This document shows, in pieces, positions 42,606 to 55,909 of a stretch of DNA of 64,000 bases. The DNA is from Octopus sinensis (lineage: Eukaryota). How positions within the stretch are numbered: position 1 is the stretch's first letter; the number at the start of each line of letters is the position of its first letter. The translations under genes were made by a program, and so were the position numbers. Where the stretch lies: assembly GCF_006345805.1 (NCBI RefSeq), contig NC_043006.1, positions 8,866,001 to 8,930,000 of the forward strand. The letters run 5' to 3'. A model generated the notes under the pieces. It was not told the DNA's origin. It saw only the letters and a list, made by a program, of their open reading frames with translations, and searched no databases.

Positions 42606-43512
42606 TTGGGTCGTCATACCATAAATGGTACGGTTTTTTTAATGCTTGTTTTATTTTTCGAAATTGAACTAACAAACTTTTCTTTTAAATCCAAAATATA
42701 CTCGCCTACATAATCTGCAAAGTTCCTCCATCTATCTGGTAGACCTGCAAGGCCCATCGTCTGAAAGTCCATGAAATACTCTTCTAGTACTATCTCGTCT
42801 AGAGAATTCATGTACTTTCTGTTCAAATGATTTTGAAAACTGCGGACTAAATGTTAACCAGATGGGGCAATGCCCAGCGAATATGGTTGGTGGGGCAATC
42901 GTTTGCGATTCAAACTGTTCGAGCCTTTGGAACGTCATCCTCGCTGTATATGTCGAAGCATTGTCTTTATGGAAGAAAACCTTTCGTCTTGAAACCAAAT
43001 GTGGTTGTTTCTTCTAGTGCAAATGTCGATGAATGGTTGAATGACCAAAGCCAAGCTTATCTCCTAATTCTTCAACAGTTATGATGGGGTTCTGTTTCAG
43101 GCTTTGCAGAAAGTCCTGGTCAAGCTCTACATATCTTCCAAGATGGGCCTCGCCTCCTAGGCTGTAGCTTCCGGCTCGGAATTTCTGAAACCACTGTTGA
43201 CACAGCCTTACGCATATTGTCCGACCCTCATATATTGCATTTATATTACCTGCTCTTTCTGCTGTGTTGTTGCCTTTATTGAATTCATGAAACAAAATAT
43301 GCCGAATGTGCTCCGTTGTCACTTCCATTATAGCATTGAAAAAATAACTGTGAAATCCTAACTGCACTCTTCAAAACTTGTACTATGAATAAGCACAAGG
43401 TAAACTTACTACCAGCTTTTATGGCAAGTTGATGCAGGCAGTTTATCATGTCACCCTCCGTCTTTTATTTCATGCAACTGAAAAAAAATGCATTATTTTT
43501 GGGATGACCCAA
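42606..43512 (-). mobile_element. Internally deleted mariner element
   Basis: HTH region EHIRHILFHEFNKG..CQQWFQKFRAG, plus FHKDNA and LPDRW..GEY. Degenerate TIRs TTGGGTC.. at 42606 and ..GACCCAA|TA at 43512. Much of the catalytic domain is missing. Confidence 0.85.
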
Positions 43513-46084
43513 TATATTACCTCGTTATCTCTATCACATCATTGCCTTCTCCCGTATAAGAACAGCTGCTGGACAACGCTATTGATTTCCAATACGTTTT
43601 CACGTATTCTACCTTAATTAGAATGGACCCTAATTGTGCGAACACAAACATAAATCGGAAACCATTTTATGATCACTAACCAATATTTTAATTGCAGGTA
43701 GTCAGGATTTAAAAGGTCTTGTAATCCTATGGAGTTGATTGAAATGAATGTAGCTACACGATGCAGTCATCAGAATTTGGGATAACATGTCAGTTCAGTG
43801 AAGGCCGTTAATGAAACAATGTACAGTTTTCTATTGCTTTTGATGGCACTTCTGTGTATTTACAGCGATTATTGTTTTAAAGCACATTCAAAGCACTAAG
43901 GAAATAACCTTATATGGAACCGAACGTTGTCAGGAGTTTATTTTCAAAGCGATGCAATAATTAGCACTTCATTGCGTTTCACACCAGTGGCTGAATATGA
44001 AGTGTGTTGCATTCATTACCAAGTTTGCAGATGTGTAATTATTTCGGATGAATTAAAGATGCCTCTACAGTACGTCTAAACGTCTGTAATGAAGATGTAA
44101 CTCTTTTAATTTACAAATGAATTAATTCATTAAAATATTTAGGACATTCTTTTACCGGAAAATATTATGGAGTTAAGAAGAATATTTGTTGGATGTTTAA
44201 CAGTTGACTTCAAAGAAAGAAATCATAAATGGAAATTAACAGACCGGATTGCTATAATCATTCTATTTCCTATGTATCCAATAACAAAGTAAATCATATT
44301 AGAAATATTTTATACCAAACTAGAAGTGTATAGCAATTATGCGGTTTCAATATGTTCGTTACTTAATTTTTTTCTCTTTCTAGATTAAGCTAACTTGGGA
44401 AATCTGCATTTCAATAATAAACTTGAAAGTTTTAGTTTGTGCCGAATGTAATTAATATAATTCATAGTTCTCATAATGTTGCCACTACAGGAGGTATATC
44501 CGAGAGGGAGAAGGGAGAAAACATTGGAAAATTTAAAATTAAAATAGAAAATGATAGTTTTAATAAACATAAAATTTATTGACATGATATGACTACAGTT
44601 ATATAAGGTTTTGATGTTTGAACAAGATAAACATGTTAATTATAAAGCAACAGTATATGCCCTTTCCTTTCGTGTAGGTCTTTCCTCGTAGGTCTTTCTC
44701 AAATTCAAATTTTACACTCAAATATTTGTTTTAGAATTTAGTGCTACAAGTAGAAGTCGGAGACTTTCACATCATTACATGCAGATTCCAGTGTGGGTAT
44801 TTTGCTGTGTATGCGAGATTAATCTACATATGAAATTGGTGTAAATTTTACACAGAACCACACGATTAAATCTGAATGTCACACAAACTTTCACACTCTG
44901 TCATTAATATTTCTCAACAATATTTCTACTTGTGTTACATATATAAGCATGAAGATTACTTTTTATAAGGACATAATATCTTCCCTTTACAAATCATACG
45001 TGCATTTTCTGCAAGAAGCCGAAGTATTTTTACGTGCATTGTTTCGTAAATATTGTAACATTTTATATGATGCCAGTTCATTCGTATAAGGGCTGATATA
45101 TTCCATTGATTTTGAAGGATTAATAAGGCAAAATCAAAATGAACAACATTGTCGAGTAACGAGAATTAACACATACGTACATACCTACATACATACATAC
45201 ATGTATGCATATATGCATACATACATACATATTTGCATGCATTCCGATGTGTGTAGTTGTGTGTTAGTGTGTATGTATATATGTTCATGAATTGAAACTG
45301 AAAATGGTAAGGTGAGTAAAATCTTTCGATCACCAGTACGACCACCGGAAATAGTGTAAAAGAGGTTTAATGAGTGAAGACGTAATGAGTGAAACTTTAA
45401 ACTCTAAGTTGGCTTAGGGATTTTTTTAAATGGTAGAAGACCTTTACATGGCAAAGATATAATAGGCATGAATTGAGTGGAAATAATAATTGTCGTAGTT
45501 ATTGACTTATTAAGAAAGCGATACTTAGGATGGAGCGTTGAGTGTTGGTATATTTTTGAGTCAACCATTAACATTAAGAAAGCATATAAGGCTAAAGGAA
45601 ATATATTAATCTGAATATGCAATAGGAAGTTTGAATTCATTTCAATAAAGATATCAATTGCAAGAAACATATAGCTTGACAGAAACTAGAACACTGCTGA
45701 ATAATGTATATAAAATGTTATAACTACAATGAAAGGTATTGATTTCTGACACAATTACAAAAATAATATAAAAGTGAAAATATTAAATTCTACGTGAAAA
45801 CAGAATAAATACTCTAGAGAGTTACACATAAAATAAGAGGAAGCAAGACATACATTTGAAGAATCAAAATGCATAAGAATGTAAGGACGGAATTATTATC
45901 TGCTTTGTAAAACGTATAATCTATATATAGTTATATCAATAATTAAGTATTTTGCCAAGTTTGCTTCAAGCTGAAATCGACTTTAGTTTCAGATAGCGTG
46001 TGTGCACAGATAACATTCACATTTTTATAGTAATGGTATGGCAGCCAATGTTTAATTTTTGGTTTATAACACTTACACTACACT

Positions 46085-46115
<31 letters not shown>

Positions 46116-46118
<3 letters not shown>

Positions 46119-46318
46119 TCCTCTACTGCCCACAAGGGGCTAAACATAGAGGGGACAAACAAGGACAGACATAGGTATTAAGTCGATTACATCGACCCCA
46201 GTGCGAAACTGGTACTTAATTTATCGACCGCAAAAGGAGGAAAGGCAAAGTCGACCTCGGCGGAATACCGCTAAGCATTTCGCTCGGCGCGCTAACGTTT
46301 CTGCCAGCTCGCCACCTT
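46116..46318 (-). mobile_element. SINE family 1 lacking its B-box segment
   Basis: Matches the array unit plus head, but GCGGAA joins directly to TACCGCT (about 30 bp deleted). Confidence 0.88.
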
Positions 46319-46602
46319 TATATATACATATACATATACATATACACACACATATATATATACACACAAACACATATACACACACACACGCACACGCACA
46401 CATACAGAGTAATGCATCGCTTTATGAGTTCCCGTTATATGAGACCCCAACTTTACGAGTTTTATGTTATGATAAATTGAAATTTTGAACGAAGTGCAAA
46501 AGTTTCTACCAACATAACCTGTTATACCGAGATATTTATAGAGAACTAAAAGATAAAAAAGCTTTTTCTAAGCAAATAAATCTAGACTTGTGTTTTATAA
46601 AG

Positions 46603-46653
46603 ACATCTATAAACTCGTCAACGAGAACTTGTTAATTGTGTTTACAACTGAAG
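46603..46653 (+). CDS. Candidate orphan coding exon ((D)IYKLVNENLLIVFTTE(G))
   Basis: CTTGTGTTTTATAAAG acceptor, 51-nt phase 1-1 open frame, AAG|GTATGT donor. No recognisable homology. Confidence 0.25.
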
Positions 46654-47036
46654 GTATGTACGAGTCTAGTGCGAGTAAAAGTGATTCTGAAAAGAATTAT
46701 ACTATATATTTATTATAAATGATATCGAAGTTTTTTACTTTACATAAAATATTCTTTACATTCTACTGTTGTTTTATTGATATTTATTTACAAGTATTAT
46801 AAATTTTATAGTTAAAATAATTATCTAGAGAGAATTACGATTTACAACATTGCTAGTACGAGAAATTATAGCTCTGCATTACGAACGGTCTTCAGGACCA
46901 AATTAACTCATATATTCATGAGAGTCATGGTTTGACTGCTATTTCAAGCTTGTTGGTATCTCTTAGATACCCATATTTATAATTTAAATAATTACTATAA
47001 CCTATAAGGTGGTTTTCTTCGCATGCCGCCTCTTCA

Positions 47037-47432
47037 TCTTTAGATATAAAAGTGAGGTTGTGTGCTGTCTGTCTCCTACGATTTAGATTCCTAACTACTC
47101 CCATATTTTGCGGTGCAGTTTAACCAAAACCGGGTATCTTATAGTTGTGATTCATATCGAGCCCTTCTGGGTAATAGCGCGCGTCTACGATGAGTCTACG
47201 ATTTAAAAAAAAAAATTACCATCAATCTTTTCCATTTTTAATGCATTTTTGGAATATATAAGAGAAGTAACTCTCTAAAAATTTATTATTAAGTCTCAGA
47301 ACGTAAAAAGCTACAATAACACCCCCCTTTGTGGTTAGCCATATTGAGATGGCTATTATACTTTACATCTCTAAAAATGCTTATATAGTTATTTCCCTTA
47401 CAAACCCGAGCAACGCCGGGCGATACTGCTAG
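47037..47432 (+). mobile_element. Non-autonomous Helitron-like element
   Basis: A|TC 5' end, 3' hairpin CCCG-AGCAACGC-CGGG, then CTAG|T. Inserted between A and T with no TSD. Confidence 0.8.
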
Positions 47433-47489
47433 TTATATATATAACGATCTTATCATTTTGTGTATATATATATACAACATACTCGACTT

Positions 47490-47745
47490 CGCCGGTCATA
47501 AATTACCATGGGTGCATCTCCGGGGTACAAGTCTGGGCGTAAAGTCTCCTCACCGACGAACGCACAAACAAGGGTTGATTTTATGAAAGACCAGCAGTGA
47601 CCTATGCATATCAGCCTCACTTCTCCACACCACCGTTGTTATCCAAGGGAAAGTCAAAAGCCGACACAGTTTAGCACCAGTGACGCTGCAACTCATTTCT
47701 ACAGCTGAGTGAACTGGAGTGACGTTAAATAAAGTGTCTCAAGAA
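47490..47745 (-). mobile_element. SINE family 3, headless and degenerate
   Basis: GCAACTCATTTCTACAGCTGAGTGAACTGGAG shared with 51662-52004. Confidence 0.8.
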
Positions 47746-49341
47746 TACCCATTTCTGAGTATTATGTGAAGAGTACGGTGTCATATATCCATTACAGCCG
47801 ATGCTATCTATCGGTTTCTAGTTTGGGATTCAACGGGATGTTTCGTAACAATGCGATTATATAACCCTGCAGTCATCAGAGTAGGCGATACGGAATGGAA
47901 ATCAGTCGCCATTTTTCACTTCTGTTGAGCGCAGGGTTACACTTCGTGTAATATGCCCACTTGGATAATATATATTCTGATAAATACACGTGTGCTTTTT
48001 TTTGCTAACTGATGTTCTCTTAAATGACTTTCACTCACATACACACATATACACGCATATGTATGTATATATGCATCATGAGGCAGTCTACAACCTGTCA
48101 GTCATGGCTGTACAACGATCTCTCGGGTACGGTAAGTAGAATTTTAAACATTAGAATTATGCTTCCTTCACGTTGAGGTGTGTGCATGTGTGTTATTAGC
48201 ATACACACACACACACATACATATATATACTTATCTTTTATTTTTTTTTCTACTGGTATATGTACGTATGTGTAAATATGTATACGTGGGTGTGTATGAT
48301 TTTTGCAGCGTTTGTTTTTAGTGAAGTACGCCAGGGCAATTCAACACCAGGAGAATTGTAAACTTAATGAATTACACCCATTTTCTCTGTGGCTAATCTT
48401 GTTGTTGAATCGTCTCAAGAGAGACTGGTAATTCATTTTCAGCGGCAGGAAAATAGAAATATATCAGAAGATAGTTATTTTATAGTTCGCATAAATTTTG
48501 ACGACCAGTCAGAATCGCAGAAGAGTGCAAATTTTGGCAACAAGAATTGACTAATTAATTAATGGAATACTCCAGTATGTATTATGAGTAAAACCGCAAT
48601 TTTTAGCTTAGGTTTAACCATTTTATCACCTCAGACACATATAGCGATATCGTACGTTAAATGATAACACGGATCGTTTATAATGTAGGCCTGTAAGTAA
48701 ATAGTTTGTTTTCCAACAAATATAACAGACCTGCAAACATATGTAAGCATATATAGTTATAAGCGAAAACAGATATATGATTAGATCTTTCTATTCAGGC
48801 ATCTGTATTATGAGTTCCGATCAATTATATAAATAATGTATTGAACGGGAATTGTTTAATGTATTGGCCTAAATTAGTTCGTCTTTAATGTGACTAATCG
48901 GGATACTGAAAACTATAAAACAATTAATATTGTAAACTGAGAAAAACTGGGACAAACTTTCTGTTTATGCTCAAGGGATAATTTGAAAGTTGTATTAAGA
49001 AATTTTCTATCAACCTCAAGGGAATATTTATTGAAACTAGAGTCAGATATCTAAAAGATATCTGTAGCTATATTCCGCTTGTCTCCATTAGGTGTCACAA
49101 CAAGACTGACACATTTATATTCATATATGAAAGAATCAATTTTCTTTAGACACAGACATTAAAACATATGGAGTGTTGCAAACTATAACTGACTATATGT
49201 ATATGGGTGTATATGTAAGCATGCATATATATATTTAATTATTGTTAATTTATTAATATTAGGGAAATTATTTCCCAGTCCACAGGCGAGAGAAATTCAA
49301 TTTAGTGGTACTAAAATAAATTTCTCGCTGTATTATACACA

Positions 49342-49423
<82 letters not shown>

Positions 49424-49424
49424 G

Positions 49425-50480
49425 GTTTGAGAGACAGAGACACCTTCAAGCAACTCAAACAATATTGAATGACATTATCTATGATAAAGATATATAAGAT
49501 TAAATTTTAACAAATTAATATATACAATTAATAATCTGAGTCATATATTAAATTATATAGACAACGCGCATTTCATGACAATATATGTATCGGTAATGCT
49601 AAAGTAGTAGGCCTCGAAATTTAATACCATATCAATCCGATTATACTGCCAATCTTCAGGTCTGGATTATATAAAACTATTTTAATATTTACATCCGATA
49701 TAAAGACATGACAATCAAAGCTAGAAATCGTCGAGAGAATTATTCATTACTAAATAAAGAACAAAAATGAGGAATAAATCAAATTAATAATAATAAAACG
49801 CGAAAAAGAAATAGAAATATTAACTTATCTTTTTGAAAATTCCCTCTTCGCGAATCAATCATTGCTTCCAGGAAAACGACGTATAATCCAACCTTGAGAG
49901 CTCCGGTGTAGGGGAGATAATTCTTATTAATATTTAATAGTTCCTAAAATACATTTGCTATTTTATATATTTATCGTGTACGGGAAGTAAGTAATAAAAA
50001 TCTAGGAGAAGCTGGAAGTAGATGTATGATGGGAATAGTCTAGTTATTACGTGGTTAATTTAGTTCCTTTATATGTCAATATAAACATACAACCAAACAT
50101 AGAGATAGGCAAACATGTACGCTGAATTACTAATCCGATAAATTTTAAAATATTTTTGAATTATTAAAAATCTATTTCGACCATTTCTAATTGTATAATT
50201 TTGGTTGTCATGTCTTTTTATAGGATGTAAATAGGGAAAGAGCTTAATATATATCCAGACCTGAAGATTGGCTGTATAGTCGGATTGATATGGTATTGAA
50301 TTGCGAGATACCTTCTATTCCAGCAATACCAATAGATATATTGTGATGAAACGCGTGTTGTTTATAGAATAGAAATTGTCGATATTAATTTGATGAAATT
50401 TAATCTTATATATATCTATCATAGATAATTTCGTTCAATGTTGTTCGAGTTGCTTGAAACTGTCTCTGTCTCTAAAATAT
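49425..50480. repeat. About 1-kb inverted duplication with degenerate hammerhead-like motifs in both arms
   Basis: 49425-49740 pairs with about 50170-50480 (clearly diverged arms). Both carry CCAGAC-CTGAAGA-TTGGC...GAAA-(C/T)GCG(C/T)G-TT-GT. Confidence 0.72.
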
Positions 50481-50546
50481 ATCTAACTATCTATCTATCT
50501 ACCTATCTATCTATCTATCTATATATATATATGTGTGTATGTATAT

Positions 50547-50604
<58 letters not shown>

Positions 50605-50631
50605 TATGTTATATATACATATATGCACACG

Positions 50632-50714
<83 letters not shown>

Positions 50715-50883
50715 GTATATATAAATGCTATAATTATGAGTACAATTATATTATACTCATAACTTTAAAAGTTTTGTATAAGTATACCGATAATTGTTCT
50801 TTTAACATAACGAACTACTTGGCAAAATTATTAAATATTATTATTAATTAATTTTTCCCTTTAATATTACTGATATATATATA

Positions 50884-50921
<38 letters not shown>

Positions 50922-51308
50922 CTTACAATCACTCAATATGCATTTATATGTATGTATGTATTTTTGCACGTATGTATAAGTTTATGAGTGTATATGTTCG
51001 TGTGTGTGATGAAGCTAAATCTAGGCGGAAGGTTTGCTTTGAAGTTGCTTCATAACAAATTATAATTTCAAAATTTCAAAAATTCTTAAAGTATATGGTA
51101 TTTGGTATAGCAATATGTGATGTACTAAAATACTTCTAGCTTTAGGAAATAAGTTAGGAATAACATTTTTACATACTATTCATTGCGATATCGCATGGCT
51201 AACCACTCCTGTATGTCTGTATATATACATGTATGTATGTATATATGTATGATGTGTATGTATGCCTGTAAGCGTGTATATATGTAGACATGTATGTATG
51301 CATGTATA

Positions 51309-51365
<57 letters not shown>

Positions 51366-51661
51366 ATATATATATATATATATATAATGGGATAAATATA
51401 TATATATGGATATATATATATTGTATATATATATCCATATATGTATTATATATAATATATATTATATATATATATATATCTATATAATATATATAGGTAT
51501 ATATATATATATATGGATATATATATATGGATATATATATATATATATCCATATATATATATATATATATATGGATATATATATATATATGGATATATAT
51601 ATATATGTATATATATATCCATATATATATATATATATATATAATATATATATATATATAA

Positions 51662-52018
51662 GGGTAAAGACCCCCTTCGGTCATGAATGACCATGGGATT
51701 TCACCTAGAAAGTTACCCTCCCAGGCACAAGTCCGGGCAAGGTTGTTTTATGGAAGGCCAGTAGTCGCCCATGCATACCGGCCTCCCCTCTCCACGCCAC
51801 CAGTGTTATCCAAGGGAAAGGCAAAGGGGCCGATACAGCTTGGCACCTGTGACGTCGCAACTCATTTCTACAGTTGAGTGAACTGGAGCAACGTGAAATA
51901 AAGTGCCTTGCTCAAGAACACAACACGCAGCCCGGTCCGGGATTCGAGGTCACAACCTCACGATCGTAAGCTCGACGCTCTAACCACTGAGCCATGCGCC
52001 TTCACTGAGCCATGCGCC
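51662..52018 (-). mobile_element. tRNA-derived SINE family 3 with duplicated 5' end
   Basis: Minus-strand head GGCGCATGGCTCAGTGGTTAGAGCG. CACTGAGCCATGCGCC is repeated at 51985 and 52003. Confidence 0.9.
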
Positions 52019-52048
52019 TATATATGTATATATATATATATATTATAC

Positions 52049-52108
<60 letters not shown>

Positions 52109-52129
52109 TTATTTATATACATATATATA

Positions 52130-52182
<53 letters not shown>

Positions 52183-53763
52183 GCGAGATGTATCATTATT
52201 ATTGTATGAAACAACATTTCATTTCTCGTTATATTGAAAAAATTGCGGAAGAATTTCCAAGCTTGCACAAATTATTAAATGCTTTTTGGCAACGTAAAAC
52301 AATATTTGCGTGCTAGGACAATAGCAGTTTTATATCAGATAATAATCAAGCATACTATCAGTGGCAGGCAAGCTCTTAATGTAATCTCTTGCTAATATAA
52401 GCTTATTGTTTGGAGACTGTGCCTTCACTTACGGCAAGTAAGAAATCTCGTACACAATGTTTAGTCTAATCACATTCTAAAAATATTCTCATGAACGCAT
52501 TTCTTTTGCAATAATGATGCTACACTTTAATTTGCAATGCAATATTCATAAATTTCGTAAGGAAAATCTTTTATGAAAATGCTGTATTAATATCTCAGGA
52601 ATAAAAGGCAAGTTATGTGCTTACCAAAGATAAAAATTTATATCGTTTGACATATTATGTAATAGTCTTCGTAGAATAACGCTTCCTTCAATCAGCGACT
52701 TATTCTGCTGAACATGCTTCTGTTCCTTCAATATTGTTTAATCAACGTATGTGTTTACGTAATTGCATGGGATTATTGAACAACGAGATGAGTCAACGAT
52801 TATACATGTGGAAATGGACTGAGTCATTTAGAGTGTAATAATCTGCCAAATAAAGATACGAACACATGTAAACCCACACACTTGCACGTATAGATATGGG
52901 TATATATATATATATATATATATGCATATCTATGTATCTGCTTATTCATAGCATACTTGTACAGTGTATGCATATAAATGCATGTGTGTGTATGTGGTGG
53001 CATGTCAGTCAAAGCATCTCTGCATGTACGTGTATATTTGTATTAATAAATCCATATATATGTACGCTCACACGCACACACATATCTGTATGTGAGTATT
53101 CATATATGTATGTGTATGTGTGTGTGTTTGTATCGATATGTACAGAGATAGATAGAGATTGATAAACAGATACGTATGAACACATATGCATGGATACATA
53201 CGTATGTTTTACGAACTAGTCCGTACATATCACAATCAAATGCTTTTTCAATCGACACCATTTTCCCACCCCGATTTATAACGAAATTCCGTACCAGCAT
53301 TCCGCACATCCGATATGTAATTCGCAATGCACAGTCTCTAATTACGTTCACAATGAAAATATACTTGTGCCAATTATTACTACTTAACGTCTTTCAACAT
53401 GCATCTAGCATATCTGGTTTTCATCATCTTTATTAATTGAAAAATACCATTTTTATATGCCTACCCCAAACGTTCATAAGAAACAAAAAATTCTTTGAAA
53501 TCTACCATTTGTAAATCCAAAATTATATTTGTGTTATTCTACGCGATTAGTACATTACCTACCTGCACATGCACAGATGAGTATAAACAAAGTGCATTGT
53601 TAAAATATAAACCAAAAGTCTAATAAAATTATAAACGATTTTGCTCCAAAAGTGCAATAAGTTACTAATTCAAATTCACACAACAAACAACACACGCACT
53701 GAAACACACACACACACACACACACACACTTAAACACACATACACCTATATACATGGACGCAC

Positions 53764-53804
<41 letters not shown>

Positions 53805-53805
53805 T

Positions 53806-54041
53806 ATATTAAATTAGAGATAAAACCACTATTAGGCAAATCATATAATGAAAAACTTAAGCCAATACATAAGATTAATTAATTTATATTATTTTAATAT
53901 ATATCAAAATTACTGAAAATTATCGTTTTTTAATAATTTTGATATATATTTAGAATAATATAAATTAATTAATCTTATGTATTGGCTTAAGTTTTTCATT
54001 GTATGATTTGCCTAATAGTGGTTTTATCTCTAATTTAATAT
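53806..54041. repeat. AT-rich palindrome, arms about 107 bp, spacer about 21 nt
   Basis: TATTAAATTAGAGATAAAACCACTATTAGGC.. is mirrored at 53934-54041. Confidence 0.88.
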
Positions 54042-54153
54042 AATATAATATTTTTCTATAAAATTGGATTCAATCCTAAATCTGATTTTTCCCTGTAAGT
54101 TTGGATTTATTCCCTAATATTTTATTATATATATATATATCTATATATATATA

Positions 54154-54202
<49 letters not shown>

Positions 54203-54249
54203 CATATATATAATATATATATATGATTATATATGTAATTGTGCGCATG

Positions 54250-54289
<40 letters not shown>

Positions 54290-54294
54290 AAAAG

Positions 54295-54831
54295 AGCAAC
54301 AAGAATGGATTAAAATCTCGGTACAATTGTTTCGTACGAGGACATCTTTAATAAGCTACAAAAAATGCAGTAAATACAGATGGCTCGTACTCGTCAGCCG
54401 AAAAAACATCAGAGAATTCCCAATCATCAAAAGGGATAGATACAAAAGAGGGTGTAAGATTAACAGCATTGAAGACAGTTCGATTCCTGGAGATCTGATG
54501 AAAGGTCTTAAACTCACAGAATTTGTACATGTCTATATATAGCTCATATTGAATTGCTAACCAAGTTATGTGAAGAAATTTCGGATACAGTCATGCGAAA
54601 TTTCTGAAAATCCGAGTAAGAAGCAAAGTGACTGTCATATCGTGTAGAGAAAAATCTGAGTAAGAAGCAAAGTGACTGTCATATCGTGTAGAGGAACAGA
54701 TTGTTATTGAAATTTACAAGAATCGCAGATAAGTTCAATACTTGGAGATCCGATAAAACGTCTTTTGTAGCTTATTAAAGATGTCCTCGTACGAAACAAT
54801 TGTACCGAGATTTTAATCCATTCTTGTTGCT
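54295..54831. mobile_element. Hammerhead-containing fold-back element 3
   Basis: Perfect 69-bp inverted repeats at 54295-54363 and 54763-54831, with an internal 44-bp tandem duplication at 54607-54693. Confidence 0.9.
54317..54402 (-). ncRNA. Canonical-core type I hammerhead ribozyme
   Basis: TTCGG-CTGACGA-GTACGAG...CTCGTAC-GAAA-CAATTG-TA-CCGAG: 5-bp stem I, 7-bp stem II, palindromic stem III and a UA cleavage site. Confidence 0.88.
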
Positions 54832-55803
54832 TTTAAACTATTTTTAATCACCCCACTTGTCATATGGTTAACACCATATAGATTTCCGGTGCATCCTAAT
54901 TAAGGACCATATTCATGTGAATTCATTAGAGTTCACTTGAATCTCAATTACTTAAACCGAATACATATATATATATATATATCGTGTGTGTGCACATATT
55001 GGAATTTCTTACATCTTTTAAAATGTATTATTCATACACACTGTTGTTTATATCCTCCCTGTTGAGATTGATGCATTGGTCCACAGTATGCATCCTGTCG
55101 GATTTATTTGGAATGCATCAATCGAAATATATGTCGATTATATGAAGATATAAATGGTTTAACGTGTTGAACGTTTCTCTCCAATTTCAATTTTTCGTAT
55201 ATACTCCCAAATACGACTCGTTTCTCCCCTGAATTAACTTCTACACAAGTGTGATCACTGATTCGTAGGTCACCTATGTGACATCTGGCTGCCTTACTTA
55301 TAAACATTCATATATATATATATATATATATTTGTATTCCTATATATATATACATATATTTACACACACACGCACATACACACATTGCATACCTCACACG
55401 TATACATAGACATACATATACACACACACACACATATATATATATACGCCACACACACACACACGCAGGCATCTATCTATCTTTCTATCTCTCTTTCTCT
55501 CGGTCTCTTACTCTCTCTCTCTATCTCTCTCTCTCTATATATATATATATATTGTTATTATTATGATTATCTAAGCCACAGTATGTCTATGACATTTCAA
55601 TCTATTTCAGTTCATCAGAGATAAACTTTGGAGTACATAGTAAATTCGAACCTTTATTCTATTCTATTTAATATTCTGTTATGCAAAATTTATTTGTCTG
55701 AATGCTGGTCGTGATTATCAAATAAAGGTATTCCAAAGTTAAAAATGTAAAACCCTACATAATTCTCTCTCTCCATTTCCCTCTCTCTCTCTGTATATAT
55801 ATG

Positions 55804-55909
<106 letters not shown>

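Noticed and set aside
44740-44940. Minus-strand THTG..C..C pattern as a C2H2 zinc-finger pseudogene
   Set aside because: It needs several frameshifts and stops, there is no TGEKP linker periodicity, and it is indistinguishable from chance.
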